Shown: one piece after another, positions 1 through 8,000 of the stretch
How the letters are laid out: each line of letters begins with the position of its first letter
Position numbering within the stretch: position 1 is the stretch's first letter
Virus record (IMG/VR): IMGVR_UViG_3300042458_000246
Span: 1 to 62,151 of that record
Origin: a virus
Taxonomy: Duplodnaviria; Caudoviricetes
DNA: 62,151 nt
Reading direction: 5' to 3' (one strand)
Position numbers and translations under genes: made by a program
The notes under the pieces: generated by a model
What the model saw: only the letters and a program-made list of their open reading frames with translations
The model's database searches: none
Told to the model about the DNA's origin: nothing

Positions 1-91
1 CTTCACGGAAAGGTTCTACTTTGTATTCACCTGTCTCATGATTCATCTTTGGCTTAATCTTCTTTTCAAAGCCACTACGATATTTATCCAT
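1..91 (-). CDS. 5' end (partial) of the 120-aa head-associated gene, endonuclease-free allele
   Basis: Translates as MDKYRSGFEKKIKPKMNHETGEYKVEPFRE, versus MDKYRKGFEQKIKPKMNHETGEYKVEPFRE at 61528. Confidence 0.85.
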   Translation of the reverse strand, partial: MDKYRSGFEKKIKPKMNHETGEYKVEPFRE

Positions 92-102
92 AAATTATTT
101 CT

Positions 103-129
103 AGAAAGACTCCCCCAATTAAGAGGGAG
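103..129 (-). terminator. Terminator/attenuator-like hairpin after portal (endonuclease-free allele only)
   Basis: Minus strand CTCCCTC-TTAATT-GGGGGAG followed by TCTTTCT. Confidence 0.5.
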
Positions 130-137
130 GGTTATTA

Positions 138-2417
138 TTACATCATTGGGTTTTCACCAGCAGCCGCAGGTCCACCCTGTGGTTGTGGTGCTTGACTACC
201 TTGAGGCTTACTTGCATCAATATGTGAGTCAGCATCAATGAAAGACTTAGCCATTGCAAGGAGTTCTTTAATGTCAGGCTTAGGAGGCATTTCAACCCCT
301 TCTTTAGCCGCCTGAATATATAGCTTACCCCACTCTTGATAACTCTTATCCAAAGCAACCATAAGTTGTTTGGTATTATCTTGCATGGCATTTTTAGCTT
401 GTACATTAGTGAGGTCAAGCGTTGCTTGTCTCTGTGCTATGTCAATCATCTTAACTTGTTCTTCAAGTTGTTTCTGTTTTTCTTGAGCCGCTACTTCACC
501 TTCTCTTGACTGCATTGCCTGTTCAATAAACTTAGGGTCTGTATAGTCAACAAGGAAGTCAAGAGGATCCATATCCATAGACTCAATTGCTTTACATGCA
601 ATAGTTACTGCTGCTGAGGGGCTAACAGCTCCACCAGCTCCTGCTTGTTGCAGTGCTGGAATAATCTGTTGACCAATTACATTCATCTTCTTCATGATAT
701 TGCTGTTACTGTTTTCACCAACATCAACATCAACATAGAGCATCAAGTTACTTGGTAATGTACCAGGATCAACAGACTTAAACAAGTCATTCTGATCATA
801 GTAACCAACTTCTTGACCACGGAGTTTATCCCGCATTGTTTTGTAGATACCTTCACACAGACGCTTAAAGCCTGTTTCAGCAAACCTACGTGCCATAAAC
901 TGGATACGTACTTGTGCCGCAGACATAGCTCTCTGCATCTTTTCTTCTGAATTGCCAGAGACATAGAGTGTATCATTAAGACCTTGAGCCGCTTTAGACA
1001 AACCTGTAGCCTGTTCCTTGTGCATTTGTAATAGCTCAAGAATAGGTACTGTACCTGTACTGATAGTGTCAGGTGTCATTGAGGCAACCGCATTGTTAGG
1101 GTTACCATTGGTAGCAATAATCTGTTTAGGCTTCATGTTCTGTAGAGCACTGAAGTCAACAACATTAGGGTCAGCAAGCTTAGGTGAGTAGTTAGTTAAG
1201 TAGACATTCTCAATAAATCCACGCATAATAGCTGTTGAGGCTAGTGTCATGGGTCGAATCATATCTGCTACTGACAAACCAAAGAATTCATGTGGTACTT
1301 CAAAAGGACAAAGAGTCGCCAATGGAATCATATCACAATCTTCTTCCATGAGGATTGTTGAACCAGCAATAATAAAATGCTTTAGTTCAGCAATACCGTC
1401 ACCATCACGGTCTACTCGTAACCAACACTCAATAACAGTGAGTTGTCGATTAGCTTCTGACGGGAATAGCTCCCGTGAATTTCCCCCAAGCCAGTACTCT
1501 TCACCAACCAGACGCTTACGAGCAGCTTGCTCTTCGGTGTACTTGGTAGCCCAATCATAGCTACCGTCTCCAATGGCGTCCCAGTCAATATTCTCTGCTA
1601 TGTCAGGGAAAAACTTTCTAACTTCAGATCGAGTCATATCAATCTGGATACCCACAAATGCCGCATCATCAAGTGAGTGCGCATCCCGTGTAATACGGAA
1701 ACATTCTGGGTGTACATTCTTAATTAAAATTCTTGTCTTGTTCTTTTTCTTTTTAAGGCGAACATCCTTGTATACCATTTTGTATACAGCATTACCTTCT
1801 TCATCGGTGTCTAACTCTTGTTCATATTTAAGATCTCCGATAATTTCTGTGTCATCTTCTGATAACAAGAGATCAAGGTTTTCTTGACTGATAGAATCAA
1901 ACTCTTCAAATTTATAATCAAAGTCTTCAATATATTCCCATCGAACAATACTGTTCTTCCACAGCAATGCTGATTTAACCCATGTATTCAACACTTCCCA
2001 ACCAGGATTCTGCTTAAAAATTCCATAGTTAACAAGGTCAGAAGCTACTTTAGCCTCATGGAAAGCCTTAGGGGAACTTCCAGCAGGAATAAACCTTGCG
2101 ATCTTATTGTTGTTAAACATAAGTTCAGCAAGAATAGCTGTGTATCCTTCGATAGCCTCTACAGTGTCTGAAGAGACAATCTGTGAAGCACCTTGAGGAG
2201 TCAGGTGAAATTGCGGCATCATGCCGTATTCATAGGTAGCCTTCTGTCGTTCACGAGCTAAGTCGGAACTATTCAAGAAGTCACCAACAGAGTTCATTAC
2301 ACCCTGTTCGATCATAGCTAGGAGTTCATTATCTCCTACTGGATCTTTATATCTATCCACAAAGCGGATGACATCTCTACTTGTATCACTCATTGTAAAC
2401 CTTTCTTGGTTATACAT
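138..2417 (-). CDS. Portal protein (SU10/phiEco32/LUZ24-type); true start may be MSDT at 2393
   Basis: 759 aa between terminase and head genes. VSSDTVE, ECWLRVDRDGDGIAEL and PHEFFGLSVAD motifs, Q-rich C-terminus. Confidence 0.9.
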   Translation of the reverse strand: MYNQERFTMSDTSRDVIRFVDRYKDPVGDNELLAMIEQGVMNSVGDFLNSSDLARERQKATYEYGMMPQFHLTPQGASQIVSSDTVEAIEGYTAILAELMFNNNKIARFIPAGSSPKAFHEAKVASDLVNYGIFKQNPGWEVLNTWVKSALLWKNSIVRWEYIEDFDYKFEEFDSISQENLDLLLSEDDTEIIGDLKYEQELDTDEEGNAVYKMVYKDVRLKKKKNKTRILIKNVHPECFRITRDAHSLDDAAFVGIQIDMTRSEVRKFFPDIAENIDWDAIGDGSYDWATKYTEEQAARKRLVGEEYWLGGNSRELFPSEANRQLTVIECWLRVDRDGDGIAELKHFIIAGSTILMEEDCDMIPLATLCPFEVPHEFFGLSVADMIRPMTLASTAIMRGFIENVYLTNYSPKLADPNVVDFSALQNMKPKQIIATNGNPNNAVASMTPDTISTGTVPILELLQMHKEQATGLSKAAQGLNDTLYVSGNSEEKMQRAMSAAQVRIQFMARRFAETGFKRLCEGIYKTMRDKLRGQEVGYYDQNDLFKSVDPGTLPSNLMLYVDVDVGENSNSNIMKKMNVIGQQIIPALQQAGAGGAVSPSAAVTIACKAIESMDMDPLDFLVDYTDPKFIEQAMQSREGEVAAQEKQKQLEEQVKMIDIAQRQATLDLTNVQAKNAMQDNTKQLMVALDKSYQEWGKLYIQAAKEGVEMPPKPDIKELLAMAKSFIDADSHIDASKPQGSQAPQPQGGPAAAGENPMM

Positions 2418-2523
2418 TCAATCAATCAAAGTCTACAACAAGACTTGTATGGTGCTACTACTTTTTTAATCACCCTGCTAGTAGCCAACAAAGTAGAAGT
2501 TACCTTCTCTTAGGACACAAGGA

Positions 2524-2670
2524 CTAACTCTTTCGAGGATTAAAATCTTTGGGGATTTTATTACCGATTTTTTCTTGTGGATTTAAAAGCTTACCCGCTT
2601 GTTTAGGCTTGATCATACTTTTAAATTGTTCTTTTTCTTTCCCTGTTAAGGGTACATTCATTTGTGACAT
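2524..2670 (-). CDS. Small basic hypothetical protein (48 aa)
   Basis: ATG at 2670 abuts the upstream stop. K-rich, in the late operon. Confidence 0.55.
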   Translation of the reverse strand: MSQMNVPLTGKEKEQFKSMIKPKQAGKLLNPQEKIGNKIPKDFNPRKS

Positions 2671-2671
2671 A

Positions 2672-2935
2672 TTACCATTTAACCTTATTAGCCCAGTATG
2701 CCGCAGACAGTGGTCCTTTGGCAATATTAGTTGCATGTCTAGCTTTAAAAGCTTCATTACGCTTTGAACCATCAGGACTACCTGTGGCACCCTGAGCACC
2801 AAAGTGAATAGTCTTAACTTTATCACCAACTTTAGCTACAACAACGTGACTCTTAGTTTTGTGATTAGGTGTTCTCTTAGGTTTATTATAGCCTGATACA
2901 CCAGCTCTCTCTAGTCTTGAATCTTTTTCAGCCAT
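2672..2935 (-). CDS. Conserved small basic phage protein (87 aa, KxHVVxAK...SAAYWA type)
   Basis: PKRTPNHKTKSHVVVAK...FKARH...SAAYWANKVKW, a family I recall near terminases. ATG 2935 has a GGGG RBS. Confidence 0.75.
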   Translation of the reverse strand: MAEKDSRLERAGVSGYNKPKRTPNHKTKSHVVVAKVGDKVKTIHFGAQGATGSPDGSKRNEAFKARHATNIAKGPLSAAYWANKVKW

Positions 2936-2936
2936 A

Positions 2937-3089
2937 CTATTTCCCCTTCTTAGCAGTCTTAGCAGACTCTTTAAAGCTCTTATCAGTAGGCGCACCTTTA
3001 GTACCTACCTTACGCATCTTCTCTCCAGAACCTTTAGCTATACGTTCCCGTTTAGCATGGATATTGTCATATAATCCTTGTTTAGCCAT
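2937..3089 (-). CDS. Conserved small basic phage protein (50 aa, GLYxNIHAKRERI type)
   Basis: Manually translated: MAKQGLYDNIHAKRERIAKGSGEKMRKVGTKGAPTDKSFKESAKTAKKGK. GAGGT RBS. Confidence 0.75.
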   Translation of the reverse strand: MAKQGLYDNIHAKRERIAKGSGEKMRKVGTKGAPTDKSFKESAKTAKKGK

Positions 3090-3098
3090 AATGTTACC

Positions 3099-4739
3099 TC
3101 ATATCCATGTTGTTTCTATTTGCTGAAAGTTACCCATACGTTGTGAGAAAGGTACTGTTGTGTTTGTTAACTTGTCTCCGTGTGTCCTGATAACTTCAAG
3201 AGCAATAGCCAAGGCAATAACTGTATCATCATTCTGACCTATGATAGCATTTGTCTTTCCAGACTCGTCTGCTACATAATTCATAAGTTCACCAATGATA
3301 ACCCTAGAAGGTATCCAAATATCTTCCTGTTCAATAGCATTTTTCAGGAATCCAATGATAGCTGGTTTAGAGGCTGAGGTAGTTCTCCAGCCAATCCTTG
3401 TTCCCTCTTCCTTGGATACATTCGCCATCTTTGTCTGATAGTACATATTTAGGTAACCCATTTGAGTTAACCTGTTTAATGTTGCTATACCCATAGAGTT
3501 AGACTCCACTGCTAACAAAGCATTATTATAGTACCTACCTAGATAAAATAATAAATCACCAAACTGACTAGGATCAATCGTGTTACTGCGATAAACTGCG
3601 CACACTTCCCTCTTGGCATTAATGACCACTGCTGTAGAATAATCCTTGCCAACACCCAGAGCAACGTCAGCACCGATAGCAAAGGCATCTTCAAAAGTAG
3701 GATACTTAAATATCTCGATAGACCCATCTCTTAAATCCTCCATCATAGAGGATTCAAAGTTAAACTCTCTCTTGGCTAATATTGGTTGAGGAATTAATTT
3801 ACTTAGCTTCTCAATGTTAAATACATTAGAACCAGAAACAATAAATGCTTCCTCAGGTGTCGCAGGGTATTCTTGTCGAAACTTATTCTCACCACCCTCT
3901 GCAATCTTTAACCTTCTCCAGTATAACTGATCATCACTAAGACTATACCTAGTAACTAATATCTCTTCTTCTGTTGTTCTCTCAAATCCTTCAGGGGCTT
4001 TCCTGACGTACTCTGTCATCAGGTACCATGGAACAAAAATAGCGATATAGTCATTCTCACCTTTTACAGCTCCCTGCCATAACCTGTGAAATGAGTTCCC
4101 CACACCATTAGCAGTACTCTCAAGAATAACTTCAGTTCCTTCAGACTGGGATATTCCTTGGAATAATCCTGCCAGAATCTTTTCATCATGTCCCCAAAAG
4201 GCTACCTCGGATAAGTGAGCAATAGTAGGAGTCGTTCCCCTACCAGCCTCAGGAGCACCAGCTGTATACAGCCTGTACCCTGAATCATTATGCTCAAACA
4301 TAATCTCTTTTGCATTTGACTTCTTTAACATGGGTCTGAATGTATCAGCCATGTTATAAATAATATTCCTGGACATACCAAATAATGCATCACTAGTAGC
4401 CGCATCATGCGCCATAACTACTGACTTGTTGTAAGCATTAAAGTAACTCTTCCAGAATACCCTACCTGTCGTGTATGTACTTAAACCCATCTGTCGAGCT
4501 TTTAATATAATAGCTCTGACTCTCCCTGTTTCCTTGAGTTGTTTTTCAAGAGCTTCATTAACAATCCTTTGAGCTTCATTAAACTCAAAAGATTGGAATC
4601 CCTTAGAGGAGTCCTTGGGTAAGATTTTTAATTGTTCTTTGGCGAATAATTCAAAGTCGCCTTTGTAAGCGTTTAATTTTTCACGCTTCTTTAATTCCCT
4701 CAGAGCCTCTAGCTTATCAGAATTGTTTTGTGTTGTCAT
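3099..4739 (-). CDS. terL: Terminase large subunit
   Basis: Walker A ILKARQMGLST, Walker B HLSEVAFW, ESTANG, nuclease GADVALG and NDDTVIA. Confidence 0.95.
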   Translation of the reverse strand: MTTQNNSDKLEALRELKKREKLNAYKGDFELFAKEQLKILPKDSSKGFQSFEFNEAQRIVNEALEKQLKETGRVRAIILKARQMGLSTYTTGRVFWKSYFNAYNKSVVMAHDAATSDALFGMSRNIIYNMADTFRPMLKKSNAKEIMFEHNDSGYRLYTAGAPEAGRGTTPTIAHLSEVAFWGHDEKILAGLFQGISQSEGTEVILESTANGVGNSFHRLWQGAVKGENDYIAIFVPWYLMTEYVRKAPEGFERTTEEEILVTRYSLSDDQLYWRRLKIAEGGENKFRQEYPATPEEAFIVSGSNVFNIEKLSKLIPQPILAKREFNFESSMMEDLRDGSIEIFKYPTFEDAFAIGADVALGVGKDYSTAVVINAKREVCAVYRSNTIDPSQFGDLLFYLGRYYNNALLAVESNSMGIATLNRLTQMGYLNMYYQTKMANVSKEEGTRIGWRTTSASKPAIIGFLKNAIEQEDIWIPSRVIIGELMNYVADESGKTNAIIGQNDDTVIALAIALEVIRTHGDKLTNTTVPFSQRMGNFQQIETTWI

Positions 4740-4794
4740 ATACCTATAGATTAGCGATAGCTAAGCTATCTCCTTATGTAATAAAAATGTTTCT

Positions 4795-4810
4795 CTATTA
4801 TGTACCGACT
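4795..4810 (-). promoter_or_regulatory. Phage RNAP promoter (late operon)
   Basis: AGTCGGTACATAATAG, 15/16 match to the recurrent consensus, upstream of terL. Confidence 0.8.
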
Positions 4811-4874
4811 AACTAGTTGTTTTGTTTATAAAAAAAATTCCAATAATTTTTGAAATGTAATCTTTTGTATACGT

Positions 4875-4997
4875 CTTTGGGGTACCCCTACCTTTATAGA
4901 GGGTGTCGCTGGGGAATGTCGTGGGTAGATGTCTTTGTGTGTGTTTAAAAGAATCAATGTTTATTTATGTGTACCCTGTTTAGCTTTGGGTACCCCC
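4875..4997. repeat. GGGTACCC palindromes / GTACCC repeats in the divergent non-coding region (candidate genome-end region)
   Basis: CTTTGGGGTACCCC (4875-4888), GTACCC (4971-4976), CTTTGGGTACCCCC (4984-4997). Confidence 0.5.
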
Positions 4998-5071
4998 TTG
5001 TTTCTCTCTGTTGTTTCGGTGCGTTGCGCTGCCCGTCTCAGCTTCCTCTGTCTGCGCTGCTTGGAGCTGTC

Positions 5072-5230
5072 ATGCCTTCTGTTGTTGCTGGTTTTCTTGT
5101 ATTGTTCTCTTGCCTTGGTTTATTAACCTGTTGTGCTGCTGCTTTGTTAGGTGCTCCCTTGTTCCCGTTGTACCTTGCTTTGTTTACATTTATTGGAACA
5201 TTAGTCTGGGCTATTGTTTCTTCTATCTAA
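5072..5230 (+). CDS. First early gene, small two-TM membrane protein (52 aa)
   Basis: GGAG RBS before ATG 5072. Entirely hydrophobic, which partly explains the A-poor composition. Confidence 0.6.
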   Translation: MPSVVAGFLVLFSCLGLLTCCAAALLGAPLFPLYLALFTFIGTLVWAIVSSI

Positions 5231-5235
5231 GGTTT

Positions 5236-5275
5236 AGATCTCTGCCACATGCCTACGGGTATGTGAGAGCGATCT
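5236..5275 (+). promoter_or_regulatory. Intergenic stem-loop with cUACGg tetraloop (processing/stability site)
   Basis: CACATGCC-TACG-GGTATGTG, extended by CTCT/AGAG or AGATC/GATCT. Confidence 0.5.
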
Positions 5276-5307
5276 TGCTCTGTTTGTCATAGCTCAAGGA
5301 GATTAAT

Positions 5308-5499
5308 ATGACTAAGTTAATGCACATTGTTCTTATACTATTGTGGTCACATCTAATGGTGTGGTGTGTCGATGCAATACAATACGAGGCTATGTATGGA
5401 TGGTTCCATGTTATAGGTCTTATCGTAGCAAGTGTAGTAGCAGGTATCCAGTTCGCTATTCTTATTATTGAAATCAACGAAGCAACATCAGAGGTTTAA
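5308..5499 (+). CDS. Small membrane protein
   Basis: AAGGAG RBS, two hydrophobic segments. Confidence 0.65.
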   Translation: MTKLMHIVLILLWSHLMVWCVDAIQYEAMYGWFHVIGLIVASVVAGIQFAILIIEINEATSEV

Positions 5500-5500
5500 T

Positions 5501-5614
5501 ATGTACTTAGTATATTGCAACAAGACAAACAAACTTATCGATAGAGTACTGTCAGCTAAAGACTTACTCAAGTATAAGTCAGATGACGTAACAGTTCACA
5601 TCGTTCATATCTAA
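5501..5614 (+). CDS. Hypothetical protein (37 aa)
   Basis: GAGGT RBS, follows the previous stop directly. Confidence 0.5.
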   Translation: MYLVYCNKTNKLIDRVLSAKDLLKYKSDDVTVHIVHI

Positions 5615-5696
5615 TCACTACCCTTCTCGGGTTTACGGAGAGACCACTTGGGGTAAGTACCAAGCTTTCATTAACAGTCATTACCAAAGGAATAAT

Positions 5697-5981
5697 ATGA
5701 CTACCTTAACATTCGGTTATGCCACTAAAGGCGACACAACAACAGCTTCATTCACAATGGAGTCATCAGTTCTTATGGCAGTCTACACAGACTCGTCTAA
5801 TAGATACCTGTATGCAGTAGATAGTAACGATATTGTTCGTAAACTGTCTATTACTCGTGATGTTGAACATGCTCGTAAGCAATATAAGATTGCTCGTAGC
5901 TTAATTGGCAAACAAGTGAAGTTCGGTGTAACCTCTGGCTGGTCTTCAGCTAACTGGTTCAATGAAATCGTAGAAGCTTAA
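5697..5981 (+). CDS. Hypothetical early protein
   Basis: AAGGA RBS, phage-typical codons. Confidence 0.75.
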   Translation: MTTLTFGYATKGDTTTASFTMESSVLMAVYTDSSNRYLYAVDSNDIVRKLSITRDVEHARKQYKIARSLIGKQVKFGVTSGWSSANWFNEIVEA

Positions 5982-5991
5982 GGAAATCACA

Positions 5992-6243
5992 ATGAAAACA
6001 CGTTATTTACTCTTAAACCCACTCAAGGCAAGAGACTTTGGGTGTACAACAGCAGAAGTCATTGAGTCAGTACACGAGTTTGGCTGTAAAGTGGTCATGT
6101 CACCAGACACAACAGGGGAAACACTGCTGTATGCTGTGTCAGACAACAAAAGTGTACTAGAAAACATGGTAAATGAGGTAGAACTCAATGGCATCATCAT
6201 AGAATACACAGCAATCTATGATCAAATAGTGGAAGGATACTAA
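5992..6243 (+). CDS. Hypothetical early protein
   Basis: AAGGA RBS, tight packing. Confidence 0.7.
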   Translation: MKTRYLLLNPLKARDFGCTTAEVIESVHEFGCKVVMSPDTTGETLLYAVSDNKSVLENMVNEVELNGIIIEYTAIYDQIVEGY

Positions 6244-6244
6244 A

Positions 6245-6493
6245 ATGGCATACCTAAGACAAGCCTATGGTAGATACTACCTAGATCTCTCAGGAGAAGA
6301 GCTAAATGCACTCACAGACATCATGGAAGAACTCCCTTCTATGACAAAAACAGAGAGAGGTATATGGTATCAGATCACAAAACACAGAGATTACTTAAAA
6401 CAGGAGGAAAAGTGGCACAGGGATATCGATAAGGAGAGGGAAATGGAACAAGAAGTAGAAGCACAGGTTAAAAAGTTCTACAATTCACTGTAA
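6245..6493 (+). CDS. Hypothetical early protein
   Basis: AAGGA RBS, tight packing. Confidence 0.7.
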   Translation: MAYLRQAYGRYYLDLSGEELNALTDIMEELPSMTKTERGIWYQITKHRDYLKQEEKWHRDIDKEREMEQEVEAQVKKFYNSL

Positions 6494-6497
6494 AACG

Positions 6498-6650
6498 TAC
6501 CTTAAAGACATTCTCTCAGGACATTTCGCTGTGAAAAAGGCGAGACCTGAGAAGATTCTTAAAGGATTTCTGTGTGGTAAAAAGCTGAACACACAGTCTA
6601 AAAAGCTACTGCACAGTAATAATATTTACTGACCAGTAATAATTTAAACA
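6498..6650. repeat. Structured non-coding region: long inverted repeat plus degenerate ~20-bp tandem repeats
   Basis: 6498-6516 is identical to 7956-7974. TCTCAGG/CCTGAGA and TCGC/GCGA stems. TAAAAAGCT x2, CAGTAATAAT x2. Confidence 0.6.
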
Positions 6651-6661
6651 AGGAGTCTAAA

Positions 6662-6829
6662 ATGTATAAAACATTATACTTTGTCCACTGTGAAAACTGT
6701 TGTCTTGAGTACAACTCAGTAGACGTTAAGATACTGAAGATAACCCATAACCCTTATGGTATCAAGACTGCAGAATTCATCTGCACCAACTGTGAAGAAC
6801 CAACCTTATCAATCGTTAAAGAGGTATAA
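6662..6829 (+). CDS. Small zinc-ribbon protein (55 aa)
   Basis: AAGGAG RBS; CENC...CTNC. Confidence 0.65.
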   Translation: MYKTLYFVHCENCCLEYNSVDVKILKITHNPYGIKTAEFICTNCEEPTLSIVKEV

Positions 6830-6830
6830 C

Positions 6831-7052
6831 ATGAAGACCATAACCAGAAGAAACAAGCCAATAGCCTTCCAACCATTCGAATTAACCATGTCAATAGACA
6901 CCCAAGAAGAATTCTACGATATGATGTCCTTATTCTCGTTCTACACCAACCTAGCAGACGTCACCCATACAACCAACCCAGACGTACATAAACGTATGAC
7001 GTACATATGTATGTCTATCTATGACGCACTTGAAGCAGAGGATCAATACTAA
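6831..7052 (+). CDS. Hypothetical protein (paralog of next gene)
   Basis: GAGGT RBS before ATG 6831; FQPFELTMSIDTQEE. Confidence 0.7.
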   Translation: MKTITRRNKPIAFQPFELTMSIDTQEEFYDMMSLFSFYTNLADVTHTTNPDVHKRMTYICMSIYDALEAEDQY

Positions 7053-7053
7053 T

Positions 7054-7263
7054 ATGGAAGTCTCTAAATGCTCAGATTATCCTATAATATTCCAACCATA
7101 CACTCTACGAATCAGCGTAAGTAATCTCGAAGAACATAACATGTTAGCTTCTATCTTCATGAACTCTGAAGTAATCGCCAAAGCACTAACCTACCAAGGA
7201 TACAACCAATATGATGAACTAGTAAAATTCATTGAAACAATCGGATACTACCTAGAAGACTAA
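7054..7263 (+). CDS. Hypothetical protein (paralog of previous gene)
   Basis: FQPYTLRISVSNLEE; GAGGA upstream. Confidence 0.7.
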   Translation: MEVSKCSDYPIIFQPYTLRISVSNLEEHNMLASIFMNSEVIAKALTYQGYNQYDELVKFIETIGYYLED

Positions 7264-7264
7264 C

Positions 7265-7474
7265 ATGCAAATCTCCAAAGAAACCCAAGTTAACTACACC
7301 ATAGTAATGTCTGAAGAAGACGCATTAACCCTTTTAAACGGCTTAGGCAAGCTTGACTACCATGAGCTAGCCAGACTATCAGATAACCTGATTTTTGGCT
7401 CTGTGATGCATAAACTATATGACGTCCTTGTTAGTAAAATCAAGAGAGGTTCAATACTTAAAGATGAATCGTAA
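7265..7474 (+). CDS. Hypothetical protein
   Basis: ORF track, tight packing. Confidence 0.6.
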   Translation: MQISKETQVNYTIVMSEEDALTLLNGLGKLDYHELARLSDNLIFGSVMHKLYDVLVSKIKRGSILKDES

Positions 7475-7649
7475 AAGGAGTATAATTTCCATGTCAAATG
7501 CAAAAGAAATATATGACGACCTTATCCTGAGAATCAAATCAAAGGTAAAGTCTGAAATATCCGTAGTCTTTGATGATACAACAGGTATCCAAAAGGCTTT
7601 CCTTAAAGGCAAACTATTGTGGGTCAAAAAAGTGAGATTAGATAAATGA
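7464..7649 (+). CDS. Hypothetical protein (start uncertain)
   Basis: Basic ORF; an AAGGAG RBS precedes the internal MSNAKE start. Confidence 0.55.
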   Translation: MNRKRSIISMSNAKEIYDDLILRIKSKVKSEISVVFDDTTGIQKAFLKGKLLWVKKVRLDK

Positions 7650-7846
7650 AAACACCTAATTGGGTATTAGTCGATGAACAATTCTGTACAGAGTTCGGTG
7701 AAACTGTAGCTGACTGTATTGAAAGATACAAAGAATCTATGGATGAATGTGTTGACATCTCATCACTAACCTTCTACGCACTTGAAAAACCGTACGTTGT
7801 TGAAGTATTTTATGCACTAAAGGAAAAAAACCCAATGGAATCATGA
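7646..7846 (+). CDS. Hypothetical protein
   Basis: ATGA overlap with the previous ORF. Confidence 0.6.
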   Translation: MKTPNWVLVDEQFCTEFGETVADCIERYKESMDECVDISSLTFYALEKPYVVEVFYALKEKNPMES

Positions 7847-7854
7847 ACTTATTT

Positions 7855-7870
7855 AGCTGGAACCTATTAG
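7855..7870 (+). promoter_or_regulatory. Phage RNAP promoter (degenerate copy)
   Basis: AGCTGGAACCTATTAG, intergenic, 12/16 to consensus. Confidence 0.5.
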
Positions 7871-7889
7871 AGAACAGTCCCTATGATAG

Positions 7890-8000
7890 TTAATAATATA
7901 TATTAATAAAGTATATTATTAAAGAGTAATAAAAAAGAGAACATCAATAAGGTATTACCTTAAAGACATTCTCTTAATGACATTCTCTTAAAGACCTTCT
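7890..8000. repeat. AT-rich tract plus three tandem 14-bp repeats (origin-like)
   Basis: CTTAAAGACATTCT / CTTAATGACATTCT / CTTAAAGACCTTCT at 7959-8000; near-pure AT at 7890-7937. Confidence 0.65.

Larger units (their letters stand above)
1..352. repeat. Terminal overlap with 61438-62151 (alternative allele lacking the endonuclease gene)
   Basis: 1-46 is identical to 61438-61483. 135-352 matches 61934-62151 with 5 mismatches (171, 175, 186, 219, 225), and 226-352 (127 bp) is identical. Confidence 0.95.

Noticed and set aside
1249-1887. Antisense/alternate-frame ORFs in the track (e.g. 1249-1560, 1573-1887, 30520-30909, 56082-56465, 60542-61066, 61892-62122)
   Set aside because: They lie wholly opposite well-supported genes or elements, lack an RBS and show shadow-frame composition.
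4929-5292. Cys-rich ORFs 4929-5126 and 5011-5292
   Set aside because: By-products of an A-poor, stop-poor strand. Only the ATG at 5072 has an RBS and a coherent membrane-protein sequence.
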